Source: a virus (taxonomy: Duplodnaviria > Heunggongvirae > Uroviricota > Caudoviricetes). From it: DNA of 64,000 bases. A program made the position numbers and the translations under genes. Under the pieces are notes generated by a model, which made no database searches, had not been told where the DNA came from, and worked only from the letters and a program-made list of their open reading frames with translations. Below, piece by piece: positions 59,431 through 64,000 of the stretch; position 1 is the first letter of the stretch, and each line of letters begins with the position of its first letter. The stretch is taken from IMG/VR virus record IMGVR_UViG_3300028886_000053; one strand, given 5' to 3'.

Positions 59431-62400
59431 ATGAAGATGCCTAGTTCAAGAAATGGTGGAAATATAGAATTTGGAGTTAGTTTTAAAACAGATTCCAGTT
59501 TAGATAAATTAAAAAAATCTCTTCAAGATTTACAAAAAGTAAAATTAGGAGATTTTAAAGGGTCTGCTGATGATTTAGATAGAGTTAAAGAAACTGCTCA
59601 AAAAGTAGAATCTATTTTAAGTAGAGCTTTTAATCCAACTCTTAATACTACAAATATTTCTACTTTTAATAATGAATTAAAGAAATCTAATTTAACTGTT
59701 GAACAGATTAAATCAGACTTTTCTCAATTTGGTAAAGAAGGATAGTTAGCATTTTCAAGAATGGCTTCTTCTTTATTAACTACTAATCTAAAATTAAAAT
59801 AGACAAATAGTTTAATAGATAGTATGGGTAAAACCATGGTTAATACCGTGAAGTGGGGAATTGCTTCAAGTGTTATGAATACTTTTACCCAAAGTGTACA
59901 AGGCGCTTTTCAATATGTACAAAGTTTAGAAAAATCTTTAACAAATATTAGAATTGTTACAGGTGATTCTACAGAAAAAATGGCTCAATTTGCAGAACAG
60001 GCTAATCGTTCTGCTCAAGCATTAGGACGTAGTACGTTAGATTATACAAAAGCGTCATTAACATTTTATCAACAAGGTTTAAATGACGAGGATGTCCAAG
60101 CTAGAACTGAAGCTACTTTAAAGGCACAAAATATTACAGGTGCAGGTAGTTAGATGGCAGATTATTTAACATCTGTGTGGAATGGTTATAAAGTAGCAAA
60201 TGAAGAAGCTGAATTATATGTTGATAAACTCGCGGCAGTTGCTGACTCTAGTGCATCTGATATGAGTTAGTTAGCTATTGCTATGTCTAAAGTTGCATCA
60301 ACTGCTAATACAATGGGTGTTGATATAGATCAATTAAATGCTCAAATTGCTACTGTTGTTGCTACGACAAGACAAGCTCCTGAATCAGTTGGTACTGCAT
60401 TTAAAACCATTTATACTCGTATGAATGATATTAAAACCGGCGCTGATGATGCAGAGGTTAGTCTTGGTAAATATTCAGGAACAATGGCTTCACTCGGTTT
60501 TAACGTATTGGATGCAACCGGTCATCTTAGAGACACTGGCTAGGTTATGGAAGAAATAGGTGGTCGTTGGCAAGATTTGACTAGAGAGCAACAGATTTAT
60601 CTTGCTCAAACTATGGGTGGTCAAAGACAAGTCAACCAATTAATGGCTTTGTTTGATAACTGGACTACTTATAGTGAATTATTAAATACTTCATTAGAAT
60701 CTGAAGGAACTCTTGCTGAGAAAAATGCTCGTTATATGGAATCTCTTGGTGCTAAGATGGAACAATTAGGAGCAGCAGGAGAAAGAGTGAAAGATAGTTT
60801 AATAGATACTGATTCTATGAAGGGAATTGTAGATATTTTAACTAATGTTACTAATTTAGTTGCTACATTATTTGAGAGTATCGGTGGTGGAAATAATGTT
60901 CTTTTAGCTTTTGGAAGTGTTGCAACTCAAGTTTTTGGAGGAACAATTTCTAAAGAAATTGCTCATATGATTGAAGGTTTTCAAAATGCCAAAGCTAATG
61001 CCGAAATTTTAAAAAATGATATTGCTTTAACAAAAACTTTTGAGAATTCTCAAGGTGAAAACACTAAGGGATTGCAATTTGTTCAAGAAAATATAAAAGA
61101 ATTACAAAAATATTATTCTATATTAGATGAATCTGCTATTAATGAACAAAAAAATATAATTGATAGAATTGGTGTTTTAAAAGATGAACAAACTCAATTA
61201 CAATAGAATCAAGATGCTGTAAGAGAATATGCCGAAAGAATAGGAGAAGTAGAGGAGTCTCAAGCTACTTTTAATGATAGTTAGAATTTTTTAAATACTA
61301 ATACGGCGTTAGGAACTTTAGTTGATAACGCAAAAATTTTAAAAGAACAATATGATATTCTTAAAAATTCTGGTTTTACAAATGATGAAGAATTAGAAAA
61401 ATTTAAGACTCATTTTGAAGAATTATTAAATGATTCTGAAAATTTGGGTATTAATGTAGATAAAGTTCGCCAGGCTTTTAATTCAGGAAATTGGGCAGAA
61501 ATAGGTGTTTCTAAGGTTTTTGACGAAGCTATTCAAAAAGGAGAATTACTTTCTACTACTATTAATAAATCTGGAAGCGTTTTAGAAGATACTACTAACA
61601 AGATAAATAATTTAACATCAATAATGCAATCAAAACAGAATAGTTTTGAAACGTTATTTAATGTAAATAATGCTATAAAATTTGCTGCTACAGTAGGTCA
61701 AATTGGTAGTATTATGACTAGTATTACTAATTTAGGGAATATTATTAAAAATGAAGATTTATCAGCAAGTGAAAAATTAGCTAAAGTATTAACAAATATC
61801 GGTTTTCTTTTACCTATGATAATTAATACTTCTAAAAATATTTCTTCATTATTAGGTATTACAAATGCTTTAACTCAAAGAAGATTATTTTTAGAACAAA
61901 AAATTTCAAAAGAAAAAGAAAGACAGGCTTTGCTTGATAAAAAGGCTGAAATAGCAGAAAAAGCAAAAGTTTTATAGGCTTAGATAAAATCAGGAAAAGG
62001 AGATACTAATAAGGCTCTTTAGGAATTAAAAAATTTTAAAAATCAAGACCTTCATTTAGATGAACAACTTGAAAGTGTTGATAAATATCTTATTAGTATA
62101 AAAGATAAAGCTGATAATTTACCTAGTGCTATTTCTACAGCCTTTTCTGCCGCAGGTTCTTCAGTTTCAAGTTTTATTGGTATATTAGGTTCTGTAGCTG
62201 TACCTTTATTAGCTATTACAGCAGTAGTGACAGCAGGTTATGCAATATATAAAACATATAATCAAGCTGCAGATGCTGCGAAATAGGCTGCTGAAAATGC
62301 ACAGTCTGCCAAAAAACAATATGATGAAATGAAGGATAGTTTTAAAAACTTGACTTCTGCTATAGAAGATTATGATAATGCAAAAAAAGCTCTCTCTGAA

Positions 62401-64000
62401 TTAACAAAGGGTACCGAATAGTGGTATGATAAAGTTAATGAATTAAACGATAAGGTTTTATAGCTTATACAAAATTTTCCTGAATTAGCACAATATATTG
62501 AAACAGATGAAAATGGATTATTATATTTTAAAGAAAATGGCGAAGAAGAAATAAAGAAAATCTATCGACAAAGAGCTTATGTTTCTGGAATGGCAAATGC
62601 TAGTCTTCAAGAAAAAAGTTATTAGGCAGATAGAACAGCTAAAATTGTTGAATAGGGTCGTAAAATTTATGGCACTGGGGGAATGTTTGGCGGTCAAGAT
62701 ATTATGGAGGCAGTTGTTTCTGCCGTTCAAAAAAATGGGACAGCTATTTTAGCAGATGAAGATAAATTAAAAAAAGCTGTTGCAGATGAAGGAGTTGAAT
62801 TAAACCAAGACCAAATAGATGCTACTAGAGAAAATACTCAACAAATTAGAACTTTAGTTGATTCTTTAAATGCTGAAAAGACTGAAGTAAATGCTTTACG
62901 AGATAGTTTAATAAAAACAAATTTAAACAATGAAGAAGAATATCGTAATTCGACACATAAAGAGGCTTTTGCTAATATGGTTGCTGGACTTATTGAATAG
63001 GAAAGGCAAAATGGCTTAGATGAATTTTATAAAGAACAAGAAGTATCTTATGGATATGGAATGAATCAACAAAAAACAACCCAGCTTTTATTTGACCGTG
63101 ATGCTGCTATTAAAAAATACGAAGAATTAACAGGAAAAGAAGTTAAAGAAAAAAAAGGAAAATTTTCAGCAAGACAAGCTGGGACAAATGATTAGTTTGA
63201 AGAAATAAAATTTTCTGATATAACAAATTATTTAAGAGAAGCCAGTATTAATATGGAAAAAATCGTAGCTGATACTACAGAAAGAATGGCAGCTGCTTAG
63301 TAGAATTTTGCTAGTGTTAGTGATAGAGTAAAAGAGGTTCTATTTAATAGTGGTTTAGCGGGTGGTTTTGATAAAGTTAATACAAATTCTTTAAGTCAAG
63401 TAGATGTAAATAAATTAAAAGATTTAAATCCAAATGATTTAGCAGATTTCCTAGGAATAAAAGTTGAAGAAATTCCAGGTAAATTAAAAGAATTAGGAGC
63501 TAGTGTCCAAGAGGGCCTTGATAGTTTTATAAATGGTATCGAAGAAGGTAATACTCGTGCAGTAATGTTATAGCTAAAAGATAAATATGGATCAGATTTA
63601 TCGAGAGAATTAGCTGAAACTATTGCTCAAAATGTTCAAAACGGTTATCAGAAAGTTGGAACTGAAAGCGGAAATGCTATTAGAGATTTCTATAAAAAGC
63701 TATCTGGTGATCAAGTTGATGATATTACTAAATTAGCAGAAGAATATAATTATGCTGGGAATTCTGTAGAAGACTTTATAAAAGCTGTTCGAGAAACTGG
63801 AGTTACTTCAGAAAAAATTTCTGATGACATGGTAAAGGCTTTTTATGATGCTCAATTAAAAATTCAAGATATTCAAACAAAAGAATATAAAACGGATTTT
63901 GATAAAGTAAATCAAGCTAATTCAACAAGTTCCCTAGGAACTCAATTAAATGCAGGTGAAAAGTTAAGCGATAAAGAATTAGTATCTTATAAAGAAGGTC
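59431..64000 (+). CDS. tail tape measure protein (partial, runs off the window), many in-frame TAG
   Basis: SD AAAGGAGGG. Long alpha-helical low-complexity frame linking fragments 59431.., 59824.., 60283.., 60547.., 61444.. and 62683.. across TAG codons. Confidence 0.55.

Overview
This window is a 64-kb, AT-rich segment of a tailed dsDNA phage genome. The structural module (terminase, portal, HK97-type major capsid protein, tail tube, tail-assembly chaperone, tape measure protein) points to a siphovirus, probably of a Firmicutes-like host. Three blocks are visible.

(i) 1-10 kb is a dense tRNA array on the minus strand. It holds about 22 tRNAs plus tRNA-like pseudogenes and a candidate tmRNA. 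Each has its own consensus promoter. Homing-endonuclease-like genes are interspersed.

(ii) 10-40.7 kb is an early-type region of many small single-gene minus-strand transcription units. Each has a near-perfect TTGACA-N17-TATAAT promoter and a hairpin terminator. Encoded functions are SPFH/band-7, nicotinamidase + HAD phosphatase, DEDDh exonuclease, HAD nucleotidase, an acidic DNA-mimic-like protein, and three tandem GC-rich winged-helix paralogs. Embedded in it is a plus-strand island (19.2-22.1 kb) and a family of about 12 repeated promoter-plus-GC-hairpin cassettes that face the 3' ends of the early genes.

(iii) 40.8-64 kb is a plus-strand late/structural operon. Its reading frames are interrupted by many in-frame TAG codons. 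Genuine stops are TAA/TGA.

The central finding is amber (TAG) stop-codon reassignment. A suppressor tRNA with anticodon CUA sits in the tRNA array at 1721..1793(-). TAG is read as sense in the late block, in the 19.5-22.1 kb plus island and in some homing-endonuclease genes. Most early genes and the most abundant structural proteins (major capsid, tail tube, decoration protein) contain no TAG.

Other notable items are a terminase large-subunit gene split by two group I introns carrying LAGLIDADG and GIY-YIG endonucleases, and an iteron/palindrome-dense ORF-free region at 36.0-37.3 kb (candidate origin).

All calls come from reading the sequence. No searches were run. Coordinates of features not in the ORF track are approximate to within a few nt.
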